From: Octopus vulgaris
Taxonomy: Eukaryota
Assembly: GCA_951406725.2 (NCBI GenBank)
Contig: OX597830.1
Location: 48,608,001 to 48,672,000 of the forward strand
Reading direction: 5' to 3'
DNA: 64,000 bases
Under the pieces are notes generated by a model that saw nothing but the letters and a program-made list of their open reading frames with translations, was not told where the DNA came from and ran no database searches. Of this stretch, positions 12,161 through 27,600 are shown one piece after another (the first letter of the stretch is position 1; each line of letters starts with the position of its first letter). The translations under genes and the position numbers were made by a program.

Positions 12161-12472
12161 ATAATCAAATTTTTTTTTTTCCAAACAATGCAATAAAACT
12201 AATAAATATTCTTTCGATGAGCAGATGAGGAATAATGTCCATACGGAAGTGTGAAAATCCATCACATTCAGAAACTAAATCATAAAGTTTGAGAAAAAAA
12301 AAAAAGCAATATGGAGCTGTTTTCGTCCCCTCTCCCCGCCCATTTCTGACTCTGCGAGCACAACGTGGTCCATTGTATTACAACGTTATTGTGTAAATGT
12401 GTTTGTTCAGATATGTAAACACATGCACACACGCACATCCACGCAAATATGTATGTGTGTGTATAATTACAA

Positions 12473-12507
<35 letters not shown>

Positions 12508-13814
12508 TATATACACGCCTACATACACGTATGTCTACATACACGTATGTCTACATACACGTATGTCTACATACACGTATAGATAAAACTGGATTTATAT
12601 GCATACATTTTCTGAGAGTGAGTGATAATATAAGATTAAGAAGTCAAGATCAAGGAGTAAAGAAGAAAAATGTTTGATTGTTCGACTAAATTTATGGATT
12701 TTAAAAAATGGGTTTTCCACCATTTACAGACTGGTTACTAGATTGTTCTTTCATTAGCTGAGATTTTTCGCTTCTTCTTTATTTCGATCTATTGGAAGTT
12801 TAATTTGGAGAGCTGGCAGAATCGTTAGCACGCTGGACAAAGAGCTAAGCGGCGTTTTACCCGCCTTTATGTTCTGAGCTCAAAGTCTGCTGAGCACGAC
12901 TTTACCTTTCATCCTTTCGGCTCGATAAAATAAGCTGAGCGCAGTTGAGCACTGGTGGGGGGGGGGTCGATGTAATCGACTTTCTCCCCCTCTCCCCGAA
13001 ATTACTGTCCTTGTACCACAATTTGAAACTAACATACTAAAGGTTTAAGACAGCTTCTGGCGGTGATGATGGTGGCAGAGGTGGCGGCGATGGTGGTTGA
13101 GGTGACGGTGATAGTGGTGGTGTTGGTGGTGGTGGTGGGAGATGTCAGCGATGGTAAGGATGGTGATATTTGAGATGATAATGAGGTGGGGGTGGAGGAG
13201 TATAGTGGTAGAGGAGTATGGTGGTGGTGGTGGTGGTGGTGAAAGCGGTGGTGATAACTTTCGTTGCAAATCCATTGAGGGTGATTGTGACGGCAGCAAC
13301 AGCAGCAGTAGCAGCAGCGGTAGGAAGAGGAGGAGGAGGAGGAGGAGGAGGAGGAGGAAGAAGAGGAGGTGCAGCGGCAGGTGTGAGATTGTAAGTGCTA
13401 AGATGATGGTAGTGACAGACATGCAAATAGACAGGTGGTTGTGATGGTGGCATCAGTGCGCGTGTGGTGTGAGGGGTGAGGATGTCGAAAATAAAATAAA
13501 GGAAATGATAATTACGAATATTAATTACGAAAGAGAGAAAAAAAAAAAGAAGACAAAACTACTTTTGGGCCAATTATAGTTCCAATTATAGTAAATTGGG
13601 GCCAATTAGAGTGAAGTTGAAACGACCCCACTAAAAATAAACAGACATTGCAGTAAATTGCCTTTCGGAACTGAACGGGGGTAGTTTTTGTTTGCTTCTT
13701 GGCCTACTTAGACTTCAGTTAGAATTATAATTTCTTTCTAATTTCTAACTTGTTATATTTTATCGGGAAATTAAATTGAGAGCTGGCGAAGGGAAGTGTG
13801 CGAACGTATGTTTA

Positions 13815-13859
<45 letters not shown>

Positions 13860-14019
13860 GTGTGTGTTTATCTGTGTGTCTGTGTGTTTGTGTAATCACA
13901 TGTGTATGTAAGACTGTATTACCTGTATATATGATATATACTCATGTATATATATTTATATAAATATATATATACATATATGCATATATATATACATACG
14001 TATATACATATATATAGAG

Positions 14020-14072
<53 letters not shown>

Positions 14073-14280
14073 TATATACATATATATCTACATATATATA
14101 TACACATATGTATATGAATATAAATATATATTTGTATAAATGCATACATACATTTTATACTTATTCATATCTTGTATACACAAACACACACACACTAAAA
14201 CACGCACACACACGCACACACACGCACACACACGCACACACACGCACACACACGTACACTGACACACACTCACGTGCTCG

Positions 14281-15363
14281 CACGGGATAAACAAAATAAC
14301 AGGAACACTATTTTAATTTAACTGTTATTTCAATTGGCAATATGACAAATTCAAAACTGTTTCTAACCTGTGTATGTATTTATATGTTTTTGTATGCCCT
14401 GTACTCCGTGGTATAAATATGTTTTTCTTCTTTTTTTTTCTTTTTCATTTTGCAAATATTTATATTTAAATAAATTAAAATGTTCAGCCTATCTAATTTC
14501 CAAAGAAGACAAGTTGTTGGAGTTCGGATATGTGGTGCTTCAGTCACTAGAAGTGCTGAGCTGTTTAATATTTTGAGAGGTACATTCGAAAACCGAATTT
14601 GGACCAGCTCTGGTAAGCATAATTCTAGATGGAGAACAAAGCTGAAACATTGAATCTAAAAATCTATCGAACTACCACAGCAAAAGTGACATCAGTGTTA
14701 GACTGCTACTTTGCCAAAACCTTTTGTCATGAGTTCCGAAAAGCTGTAAATCCTGGGAAGGCTGCAATAGCTAAACCTCTGCTTAAAAATTATGTGAGAT
14801 TATCAGAAGTGGTCAATGGTTCAATGGAATGAAGTCAGATTCTCTGATAAATCATTATTTACTCTTTTTTCCACTTCAGTTTTTTGCTGGAGATAGCCCT
14901 AATAAGCTTTCAACCCTGGCTGGCCATAAACGTGAACCATGGCGGTGGCTAAGAGAGATTTGGACAGCCCTATCACGAAATACTTTTAGTTTTTTTAGTT
15001 GTTTTACATAGGAGAATTAAAGTCAATAATTATCTGAGTATTTTGGCTGATCATGACCGTCCTATGAGACAACACCGTTCTCTCATGGTAGCGCTATCTT
15101 CCAGGACGATAATGCGCTGATTCATACAGCTAAAGTTAGTCAGAATTGGTAACTGGATCTCCATATAACTGAACATTTATGGTATATTTTGGAACGGTAA
15201 GGAAAAAGCAATTTCCTGCTGAAAGAGTTAAAATAGGTTTGGCTCAAAATTCACCTAGCGACTGCTCAGAATCTGTACGCATCAATTCCAGGTGGATCAA
15301 CTCCAAATTAAATAAGAAAACTTACATTTAACAAGGTGTTTCCATTATTTTGTCCAAAACTCG
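14281..15363 (+). mobile_element. Decayed Tc1-family DNA transposon
   Basis: Remnant peptides QVVGVRICGASVTRSAELF, GKAAIAKPLL, WNEVRFSDKS, NHGGG, IFQDDNALIHTAK, ITEHLW. Degenerate TIRs acaaaataacaggaacac / gtgtttccattattttgt. Confidence 0.85.
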
Positions 15364-15835
15364 CGCGCGAGCCAGATTTTTCAGAGTTGATGCCGGGTTC
15401 AATTAGAAACAGCTTTCATAAAAGTTTTTAAAATTCTTAACTCGCTATTTCAATGCCTTCATTTTCTTCAAGTCTTTTCAGCAAGGCTTTTGCATTTTTG
15501 ATATACAAATTCATAAGTTTTTCTTTCATCTATGTTTGTAATCCGGTTTTACATTTCTAGCCCGATCTCTACAGCGCTGCTATTAATTTTGTTCTCTGTC
15601 CAGAATTGTGTTGTGGACAAGGTAATACGGAGCAGTTCATGCACTGGTTTTATCAATCTTTAGCAATGTTTTCGTAAATAAAAACCAGGTTCCAAGCCAA
15701 TAAAATGCAGAGAATTCTTTTTTAATTGCTGGAAGCATCGAGAATATTCTGGCATTACCGTTTGTAAGAGCTTTTTATATTCCAGTCGAACAATGTCACA
15801 AAATTCCTTTAAATGTGTTATACGATCGGTGTGTT

Positions 15836-16480
15836 CATCCATACATCTACCCATCCATTATCTTCGCCCAGTAATCCTATGAAGATCGTGGTGGTAGTGT
15901 CCTCAGGTACCTCCTCCCTAGAGTCCTACCAGAAGTAACGGTCTGTAGCCTTTTCGGATAGATTCTCAAACGTGACCAACTAAAACTATGGATATTATCC
16001 AAACATCTCATTCTTGGTCTAACGCCAGGTCTCGTGCCATTTGGTTGGCTTGAAGAAGCTGTCTTGCGATTCCTCCCTGCACCATTCTAATCTCAAGTCT
16101 GTAATACCAGAGTTGTAACCGTTCAATGCAATGAAGTAGCAACCCTGATCTCCAAGGTTAACATTCCATTTCGGAGGAACTCATTTCGGCCGCTTTTATC
16201 CATGATAGAGCATTCATGAACATAGGTAAAATTAAGTACAAAATCCGAACTGAAGATAGCAAGTTTGGCTTTTTTTACCCACCATTTCTCTTCTAGGGTT
16301 AGAATGCTTAGAATACTGGAACTGCCGCATTGCTGTGCCCGCACCTGCAATTCTAGTATTCCGTTCAGCCTTCTGCTTCCCATCACAAGAGAACGGGTAA
16401 ACTACAGTCAGTGCCAATATAGTTCCTTCCAAGTTTGGATTTTTAATTAGCGAAGATGTTCTTGCTTCTTCGTTTTACGT
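15836..16480 (-). mobile_element. RTE-clade (Rex3/Expander-like) LINE 3' fragment
   Basis: Minus-strand DGKQKAERNTRIAGAGTAMR, KKAKLAIFSS...TYVHEC, PNGTRPGVRPRMRCLDNI, RTLPPR, followed by a (TGGA)n-like tail. Confidence 0.8.
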
Positions 16481-16846
16481 CGACTAAATTTGTATTATAG
16501 ATGTCTTTTCGAAACCCAGCAAGCTCATATACGAATACGTGTTTGTCAAATAACTGAGTCGAAGCTCTCAGAGAGCCTTGGGCAAGTTTCTTTCACGACA
16601 GCCGCGGATCAATCAATGTCTTGCAAATGGAATTTAGTAGACGGGAAACTATTGAAACCCGTCGTGTATATATGCATGCATGTATGTATGTATGTATGTA
16701 TGTATGTATGTATGTATGTATGTATGTATGTATGTATGTATGTATGTATGTATGTATGCATGCATGCATGTATGTATGTATGTATGTATGTATGTATGCA
16801 TGCATGCATGTATGTATGTATGTATGTATGTATGTATGTATGTATG

Positions 16847-16879
<33 letters not shown>

Positions 16880-17118
16880 GTATGTATGTACGTGTACAGT
16901 GTGCGTGTGGATGTGTGTTTGGGTGGGTGAGTAATTGCATGTGTGAACTTGTATTATTAAGAATTGAAATAACACAGATGACATATGTTAATTTGTTTTG
17001 AACGTTCATCTTGTCAAAGGATTTTTGTTAATTTAACTAACTAACAAAGTTTAAAGACAATAATAAGATTTTGGTCAATGTTTGAAAGATAATAAGTAAT
17101 TATATTTATATTGCTCGA

Positions 17119-17620
17119 GGCTTATTAACTGCGGGATTCGTCCGAGGAAACGTTCCTTAAAGACGTCGTGTGTTAAAAACACATGGAATTCCTGAAATCA
17201 GACGAAATGAATCGCCCCGGAAATGAACGAGAACGATGAATATCAATACTATTGCAGCTCGTCGGCACCGCATGCGAATAAATAAAACACATTCATTATG
17301 TGATACCGGTTGTGTGACATCGTTAATGTTTACGTTATTAGACTTCTGGTGCAGCACCGTTGCACGTCTGCAGATAGATTTTACGCAATCTGCATGTAGA
17401 CCTCAGACCAGCGAATCGAATTCGTTAGGTGACTCGGGTATACGGTGCCGACTAGCTGAAACAGCAGCAACGTATCGATATTCAACTGTTCTCTTTCACC
17501 TACGGGGCGATTCGTTTCGTCTCATTTGAGGTATTCAGTGTTTTTTTTTTTTGGTAACACTCGATATCTTAAGGGTTTATTGACTGCGTGATTCCCTGGG
17601 CGTATCGCACAGCCAATAAA
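17119..17620. mobile_element. MITE-like imperfect foldback (~500 bp)
   Basis: agacgaaatgaatcgccccg pairs with cggggcgattcgtttcgtct; gtcggcaccg pairs with cggtgccgac. Confidence 0.65.
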
Positions 17621-18403
17621 CGCATAAACAAAACACATATATTAAATATGTGATATTGGTAATGCTTGCGTTACCAATGTGACAATATTAGAGCCGCTTC
17701 AAATTCAAAATTTAATCTATGTATATATTTGTGTGTGTGTGTGTGTGTGTATAGATAAAGACAGATAGATAAATACATACATACATACATATCATTACAT
17801 TTGGGTGTATGCATCGACAGTTCAGCCAACATACCAAGTCAACCACATATTTGCAAACGACGGGGACTTTCTTAACTCAAAGTCTTGTTGCTTTCTTAGC
17901 AATCGGCTTGAACTCTCCCAAGAAGGAAAAATTAAGCTCAAAGAAAAATCATACCTATATAGAAAGGAAAGGGATGATTCGAAGAATACAGATTCACTCC
18001 ATCACAGGAACTATAAAACTTTATAAACATTTGCAGAAGTTTATCATTTAAGTATATATGTGCACGTCTAGGCATGCAACTGTGTGCATGAGAATAGATA
18101 AGTAAAACAAAACATACAATTTGCACAGGCACTGACTCCAAATACCGCACATATACACACATAAATGTAAAAATACCCTGTTGATGTCGAAATTCCAATG
18201 AAGAAGCCTTGTATTTAGGTGAGCAACCAACTCTTTCTGTATTGACTAGAAATCTTGAATAAAACCGAATAATGACACATACACACACACACACATACAT
18301 GCATACACACACACATACATACATACATACATACATACATACATACATACATACATACATACATACATACATACATACATACATACATACATACATACAT
18401 ACA

Positions 18404-18437
<34 letters not shown>

Positions 18438-18540
18438 CATACATACATACATACATACATAAATACAAACACACATACACACATACGTACATACATACAT
18501 ACATACATTCGTACGTACATACATACATACATACACACTC

Positions 18541-18573
<33 letters not shown>

Positions 18574-19216
18574 CATACATACATACGTACATACATACGT
18601 ACATACATACATACGTACATACATACATACATACATACATACATACATACATACATACATGCATATATACATACATACATACATACATACATACATACAT
18701 ACATACATACATACATACATACACACATACATACATACATACATACATACATACATACGTATACAATGCTTGCTCTCTACATAAGTTCAGGGAAATTTAA
18801 TGTGTAATTTCTCCGCAATCAAAAAAATGGTGCGTGCACACGTCACACGAGTAATATAGGAATATCGTGATTTATGTAGTGTTAATAGTGTGCTTGTCAC
18901 ACTTACATGACGATTGAAAAGCGAGGTCAAGTGCATTTGAAACGTGTCTAGCTTCCAGGTAGGTTGTGAGACTAGTAATTATGCGGCCTATTTAGATGTG
19001 TGGTTGAAACCAATAAGCAGCCATGTTGAAAGGAAGCTGTGTGTTTCACAACCGGACATTGAATCTTCTGGCTGCCAACTTGACGCTGGTAATCCGAGGA
19101 AGGCGGTGAAATACAGGTGTTTCTTTGATGTCGGTAATTTAGCAGTAATAATTTCTCTGTGAAAACTGTAGGGAAGGGATAATGATGTTATTAAGCAGTG
19201 GAGCTTATTGCTGTTG

Positions 19217-19248
<32 letters not shown>

Positions 19249-20330
19249 GGTGGTGGTAGTAGTGGTGGTAGTGGTGGTGGCGGTGGTCGCTGTCATCGTC
19301 GTCATTGTAATGTTGGCTGACAGTCGATGTGGTGGTCGTGGTGATGGCGGTGGTGGTGGTGGTGGTGGTGGTGGATGCTGATTAGTGGCAACGCTTTCCG
19401 TCGGAACCATTTTGTCGGGGGCAGGTGATAGATAACTGATGGTAATCAGAACCTTGTGTGCGAGCGTCTGTAAGTCTATGCAGGTGTGTATATGTGTGTA
19501 CGAATGCATGTGTATGCGTGTGAATATATACACAAGTATGAATGTATGTATGTGCGTACATGGATGTGTGTACCTGTGCATGTGTTTGTGTATATATGTA
19601 CGTATATATAGATACATATACGTATATGTGTGTGTGCATGTATGTAGGTATATATGAATACACACACGCCCATTTATATAATGACCGTAAGATGGGGGAG
19701 GTGTAGATTGCTATGGCAACAATAAACATGCGTGTTACACGCCAAGTAATCTGTTGATATAGCTTGTATTTTTATTGGTTTGTCACGGAGGGATTCCTTA
19801 CGCCATGAATAACAGATTGCCAGTAACAACAGCAACGACAGTAACAACAACAACTATACATTTACTTTTACTACTTCTATTTGTACAGTGATAATAGGGA
19901 GGAGGAGGAGGAGGAATTTTAGTTGTAAAACCGTTAGTACGCCGGACAAAATGCTAAACGGCATTTCGTCCGTCTTTACGCTCTGAGTTCAAATTCTGCC
20001 GAGGTCGACTTTGCCTTTCATCCTTTCGGAGTTGATAAAATAAGCACCTGTTGAACACTAGGGCCGATGTAATTGACGTACCCCACCTCTAAAATTGCTG
20101 GCCTTGTGCCAAAATTTGAAACCAACAAATAAAGGCCCAGGATATTGAAAAAAAATAGAAAGACGAAACAGAAACACACAAAGAGGGGTTACGTCAGCTG
20201 AAAAGAAGTTGACAAAAGAAATCCATGTTCCTCAGTAGGAGAGGGGAACCACTAATTGTTTATTGGAAGTAAAACCCACACAAAGATGCGGATTATCCTG
20301 TCATCCCCAAGACATCAAAAGTGCTCTTCG

Positions 20331-20393
<63 letters not shown>

Positions 20394-20409
20394 TAGCTTC
20401 TTTCCTTCT

Positions 20410-21480
20410 ACTTAGAAAAACACACTCGAAGTAGGTCCGTTCAACTTTACTAGCCTTGCCCCTGACTCCAACTTCCGTTAAACACACTAGAAGGAAACAC
20501 TTCCCCCTCGACCCTCACCTTCCTCTTTAAATACAATTTGAAGAATTCGATGACATTCTGGACAGAAAGTAAAATGCATGTCTTCAAATCTATCGTAGTT
20601 ACCAGGTAAAGGAAAATTGTCAACATTTCCTACGCCAAAGAAAGTGTTGCGTCGATCTTCACTATCGCGTAAGCGGATCACCAGATTCGTACTACACGTG
20701 AACGCAACAGTTCAATACAAGATCATAAATCGCTAATGCTCGGGCACTGAATGATAGTGTGTTGGACAATTTCATCATCCCACGCGCATTTCAGACAAGT
20801 TCGACTGTTAATACTTTTGTGCCTTTAGTACTTTTCTTTAACAGGTAATGCCTCCGTCCCTATTCTACTTCCCTGCTGTACTGCTATGCCAAGGACTTTT
20901 TAAGAGCTGTCTACAGTCCTCGACTTCTAAAGCCACCAATTGAGACTGCTCAGACTATGCTCATCGCTGCTCAGGGTCATTCTCAGGTCTTTGTCTTTCA
21001 TATCTTCTACAGAACGTGTAACCTTCTACAGAATGTGAAAGATGTTTTCCCGCTGACGGTCTTTGTCTGGCCAGTTAGTACTGTGAGTACTTGGCAGCAT
21101 TTTAGAGGCCAAGCGCCAAACTTCATTCTACACTTGACCAATAATTGGAGCTCGGTCAAAGAAACAAGCATCAAAAGAGACGCGTTACATGAAAGTCGTC
21201 TCTTCCAATTCGCCTTCGTTTTCGTAGTTGCGGTCGTCACCACTGCAATGATGAAGATATTTCCGTAGGTATGCCAGCCTCAGTACTTGCCTTTGTATCA
21301 TCAGTGACAGCATCCAGAGACCATCGCGGAGTGAGTGAAGGCAACTGATGGAATTCCTGGTCAGCATAACTTAACCCTTCCATAAGAAGTGGGAGCGCAT
21401 GCGCTGCTGTCAGGCAAAGTGTCTGCTGGTACAAGATACGACAATTAGTCGGTTGTACACCAGCAAGGCGATGAAGCATT
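20410..21480 (-). mobile_element. L1/Tx1-like LINE ORF2 C-terminal relic
   Basis: Minus-strand CCHC knuckle TCLKCAWDDEIVQHTIIQCPSISDL and FFKLYLKRKVRVEGEV; many stops and frameshifts. Confidence 0.7.
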
Positions 21481-21617
21481 AACCTTTTCCGCTCGACTTA
21501 TTTTATCGACCCCAAAAGGATGAAAGGTAAGGTCGACCTCGGTTGAGCACAAAACTTAAAGCACAAAATTTAAAGACGGATGAAATGCCGAAAAAGTGAT
21601 TTTACCAGTTCATTGCC

Positions 21618-22101
<484 letters not shown>

Positions 22102-22146
22102 TGACATCCATGAATTTATTTATATATTAATTGTTAAATACATATT

Positions 22147-22273
22147 TTATCTGTGAATTTGCGCGTGTAATCTGTGAATGCATACAATGAGCTTCTCTGC
22201 CCTAGGTGTATGGAAAACACTCGGCGAGAAACGGAAGAAAATTTCAAAAAATTTGAAAAAAGAAGGAAAAAAC
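22147..22273 (+). mobile_element. 3' UTR-only remnant of an R4/Dong-like LINE
   Basis: atgagcttctctgccctaggtgtatggaaaacactcggcgagaaacggaag matches the reverse complement of ~5005-5065; followed by (AAT)n. Confidence 0.7.
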
Positions 22274-22297
22274 ATAATAATAATAATAATAATGATA

Positions 22298-22830
22298 AGT
22301 GCCCAGATGCAGTACCAGGCAGTGGCTCTCGTGGCTTCTGATCTTAACTGATTGGAAGTGTTATCATGTAGATTGTTTTGTCTTGGTATAAAAGATGGGC
22401 TACGGCAAATATTCTGCTCAATACCATATTTGCCTGTCAGTTGTTTGACCTTAACCAGTTGAGCATGTCCCTTAGTGGCTGATGACATGTGCATCTCTGA
22501 TCACAAGCAGAAGTAGTGGGGGAGGATGATAGCTATGTATTGAGAGGAATTCTTTGGGGTTTGGATAATTCACCTCTGAAAATATTCCTTATTCAGGGAC
22601 CTTTTGCGTTGGATGGGCTGCTCGACCTCAAGAGAATTCTAACTGGGCCCTACCTGCAAGCTGGTGTGCTGTTTATCTTGATATGAGATCACCATGTCGC
22701 GCACATATGGGTATGATACATGTGTCTGGTGTACCCTTACCAGACGGGTAGTCATGATGGGTATACTATACTGGGCTTCGTATATTTTACCACAGAATCA
22801 TTTTGATGGCATGCACTACTCTCTAACTCA
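22298..22830. mobile_element. Unclassified ~530-bp interspersed repeat flanked by AAT repeats
   Basis: Its internal segment recurs at 43696-43868 (gaattctttggggtttggataattcacctctg...ccttattcagggaccttttg...aattctaactgggccc). Confidence 0.7.
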
Positions 22831-23109
22831 ATAAGGATAATAATCCTTTCTACTATAGGCACAAGGCCTCAATTTTTGTGGGAGGGGATAAGTCGATTAC
22901 ATCGCCCCCAGTATTCAACTGGTACTTATTTTATCGAGCTCGGAAGGATGAAAGGCAAAGTTGACCCCGGCGGAATGTGAACTCAGAACGTAAAGAAGGA
23001 CGGAATACTGCAATGCATTTTGCCCGGCATACTAACAATTCTGCCAGCTAACAATAAAAATAACAACAAAAACAACAACAACAGCAAAAATGATAATAAT
23101 ATCAACAAC

Positions 23110-23275
23110 AGGCGCAGGAGTGGCTGTGTGGTAAGTAGTTTGCTTACCAACCATATGGTTCCGGGTTCAGTCCCACTGCGTGGCACCTTGGGCAAGTGTC
23201 TTCTACTATAGCCTCGGGCCGACCAAAGCCTTGTGAGTGGATTTGGTAGACGGAAACTGAAAGAAGCCCGTCGTA

Positions 23276-23326
<51 letters not shown>

Positions 23327-23518
23327 TTGTGTGTCTGTGTTTGTCCCCCTAGCATTGCATGACAACCGATGCTGGTGTGTTTATGTCCCCGTTACCTAGC
23401 GGTTCGGCAAAAGAGACCGATAGAATAAGTACTGGGCTTACAAATAGAATAAGTCCCGAGGTCGAGTTGCTCGATTAAAGGCGGTGCTCCAGCATGGCCG
23501 CAGTCAAAGAGAGAGAGT
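23110..23518 (+). mobile_element. SINE family B, full length (tRNA-like head, CORE-like block, internal microsatellite)
   Basis: A-box-like tggctgtgtgg, B-box-like gggttcagtccc, CORE-like caccttgggcaagtg; many homologues in the window. Confidence 0.9.
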
Positions 23519-23741
23519 AACAACAATAACAAGACGAATTCAGTGGAAGATAGTCAAGTAGCATTTGGATAAAGAGAAGTTATCAAAAGAACGTTGCTCA
23601 CACGTTTTCACGTAAAACTGCTTGTTTCTTGTATCAACGGTGTTTTCGTCTTGTACAAACATAAATATAATTTTGCACATATTTGAATAATTTATGTATA
23701 AGTAGTGTCTGTGTAGGCATGTGTGCGTGTGTGTATGTATG

Positions 23742-23787
<46 letters not shown>

Positions 23788-23909
23788 GGGTGAGTGTGGG
23801 CGTATGTGTTTGATTGTGTGCATATGTCAGTTCATGGCATATCTTAGCCAGTATGTATGTACATGTGTTTATATGATGATATATTTATATGCTCTTATAC
23901 GAATGCGTG

Positions 23910-23945
<36 letters not shown>

Positions 23946-23971
23946 TATAAACATATATACATATTTATATA

Positions 23972-24011
<40 letters not shown>

Positions 24012-24037
24012 TATAAACATATATACATATTTATATA

Positions 24038-24080
<43 letters not shown>

Positions 24081-24102
24081 AACATATATACATATTTATA
24101 TA

Positions 24103-24148
<46 letters not shown>

Positions 24149-24231
24149 ACTACAGATGATTTTCAGAAAGGAGAAACAGACAGAAAGGCAGAAAAAGAAA
24201 CAGAAGGGGTGCGAGAGAGAGAGAGAGAGAC

Positions 24232-24264
<33 letters not shown>

Positions 24265-24708
24265 CAGAGAGAGAGAGAGAGAAAGAGATAGAGGTGTTTC
24301 AAAATTGGTAGACAAGAAATAATATTCTACAGAAATTAGTTGAACAGGAACAGATGAAAATATTTCGAAAAGAAATCATCATACAGCAGAAGTATGTAGA
24401 TACACACATGAATAAGTATATACATACAATATACATGCATTCATACATACATAGATACATACATATATGTATATATATATATATAGCCCAAATGTTACAG
24501 TATACGCATATTGAAATGAATGTGGATATATATGAAGCCAGTTAAAATCTATACTTTATATATTTTAATAAATATTTACATATATATAGATAGATAGATA
24601 AATAGATATAGATATTCATACATAAATATATGCATATATTTATACATATACATGCACATATATATATACATATATATGTATGTATATGTCTATATGTGTG
24701 TGTACATA

Positions 24709-24755
<47 letters not shown>

Positions 24756-24866
24756 TACATAATATATCTATATATATATGTATATATACGTATTTATATG
24801 TATATATATATACATATGTATATATATACATATATATATAAATATATATATAAATACATACATACA

Positions 24867-24901
<35 letters not shown>

Positions 24902-26186
24902 GCACACACATTACATATACACATATGCGCGTATGCATATACATTTAGCTGTGTGTTACACACACACACACACACATATATATACATATATATATGCAAC
25001 AGTGTGTAATGTGTTTTGATATCTGTGTTTGACCGATGGTGATTGATAAGTTATGTAAGGGTACTCAGAATGTAAATAATGGACTACATGTTTTCTACTA
25101 AACACATGAACACGGTACTCCAGCATGGGCACAGTGTCTGAAACTTGTAAAATGTCCGAAACTAGTAAAAAAGTACATACATATATGCCTACAATCATAC
25201 ATTCATATAATATACACACATTCACACGTACATTATTATACGTGTATACCTACACACATATGCGCATGTGTATATATATAGATATATGTATGTGTGTATA
25301 TATATATGTGTGTGTGTGTGCATGTATCATAAATTTCTTATACATAAAATGCATACACACACACACATATATATATATAGAGAGAGATAGGGAGAGAGAG
25401 AAAGGACAGAGAGAAGGGAGAGAGGGGGGAAATATAGATAGATAGATATAACTATAAATATTGATATATATGTATACATGTATGTATGTATGTATGTATG
25501 TATGTATGTATGTATGTATTTATTTATGTATGTATGTGTGTGTGTGTGCGTTTTTGTTTAGGGAGGATGAATATGAGTATGTATGTATGTTTATACAAAT
25601 GGATTTTTTTGTATATATAATATGTAAATCTGTTTCCACAGAGTAAAAGTCGGATATGGATTACAAGAGAGTAGAGGTAAGAGGAATAAAGAGAAATAAG
25701 AGAGGAGTTAATGTGAGAAAGAGAAGAGGAGTTAAAGAGAGAAAGGGTGAAAGAGAGAAAGGGCGAAAGAAAAGTGATTCCAAATAACATGAAAACCAAA
25801 ATTATTTTGGCCAGGAATATTTGCTTAGTAGGGTGGATTTATTTTTTTCATTATTGACCTCTGCTACAAGTCACCAGAGTTGAGATGACTGCTCGGCCAG
25901 AGATCAAAGAAAGTCCAATTAGGAACGATGTTGTTGAGTTAACAAGACACTAATGAGGTGTCTATAGGCTGCAAACATATGTGGCGGTTGCAAGTCTGTG
26001 AGTGAGTTCCATGTGAAACCGAACAGACTTTGAGCCGTGGGGCAAAGAACTTGCTAGCCTCCGCGACTCCCGTTCAGTTAACTTTTGCAAAGACAAGTTG
26101 AACAGAAAAGAAAATATCCTCTAATCTCTCCTGCTTTATCCCTCTTTTCTTATGCTTATTTCACGTTCACGTAGACATACGCATAA

Positions 26187-26217
<31 letters not shown>

Positions 26218-26336
26218 TGTATGTATGTATGTATGTATGTATGTATGTATGTATGTATGTGTATGTATGTACATATATATATATATATTTATATATATAC
26301 ATATATATAAATATATATATATATATAAAGGCGCAT

Positions 26337-26383
<47 letters not shown>

Positions 26384-26460
26384 CATACATAAATATATAT
26401 GCATATATATATATACATATATATATACATATATATATACATACATATATATATATATGC

Positions 26461-26529
<69 letters not shown>

Positions 26530-26530
26530 C

Positions 26531-26565
<35 letters not shown>

Positions 26566-26566
26566 A

Positions 26567-26865
26567 AGCACATTGCTCAGTGGTTAGAGCGTCAGGTGTA
26601 CAATTGTGAGGCTGCTAGTTCGATTCCCGAACCGGGTTGTGTGTTCTTGAGCAAGACACCTTATTTCACGTTGCTCCAGTTCACTCAGCTGTAGAAATGA
26701 GTTGCGGCGTCACTGGTGCCAAGCTGTATCGGCCTCTTTGCCATTCCCCTGGACAACATCGGCGGCGTTAGGAAGGGGATGCTGTTATGTCTGGGCAACT
26801 GCTCGTCTTCCACAAACAAGCTTCGGCGGGAAACTTTTTTAGGTGCAATCTAATGGTCATTCGTG
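26567..26865 (+). mobile_element. tRNA-derived SINE with CORE-like domain (family C)
   Basis: gctcagtggttagagcg...gttcgattccc followed by gtgttcttgagcaagacacc...cactcagctgtagaaatgag. Confidence 0.75.
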
Positions 26866-27390
26866 TGTGAATCTGAGCGGAGGAAATACGTTGGATAAAA
26901 TCATAATTAACTGATTCTCCTACATTTACTTTTAACCAAAGCCAGGAAATTTGCAGCACCTCCTCCTACATGCATACATACATACATACATACATACATA
27001 CATACATACATACATACATACATACATACATGCATGCATACATACATACATACATACATACATACATGCATGCATGCATGCATACATACATACATACATA
27101 CATGCATACATACATAAATACATACATACATGCATGCATACATACATGCATGCATACATACATGCATGCATACATACATACATGCATGCATTCATACATA
27201 CATACATACATACATACATACATACATGCATGCATACATACATACATACATACATGCATGTATGCATGCATGCATACATACATACATACATACATGCATA
27301 CATACATAAATACATACATACATGCATGCATACATACATGCATGCATACATACATGCATGCATACATACATACATGCATGCATTCATACA

Positions 27391-27522
<132 letters not shown>

Positions 27523-27600
27523 AATACGTGGATATTTACCACAAATAGACACCAATGTGCGTGGTTTTGACCGGTGAAAATATTCTTTCAGCGTGTAACC

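Noticed and set aside
15370-15835. Coding-like sequence next to the RTE tail (and 6130-6550)
   Set aside because: Multiple stops and no motif I can assign.
23912-24145. Three ~66-bp higher-order repeats in (TA)n; similar duplications near 12520, 27000-27420 and 63300-63760
   Set aside because: Ordinary slippage or unequal-exchange products of low-complexity DNA.
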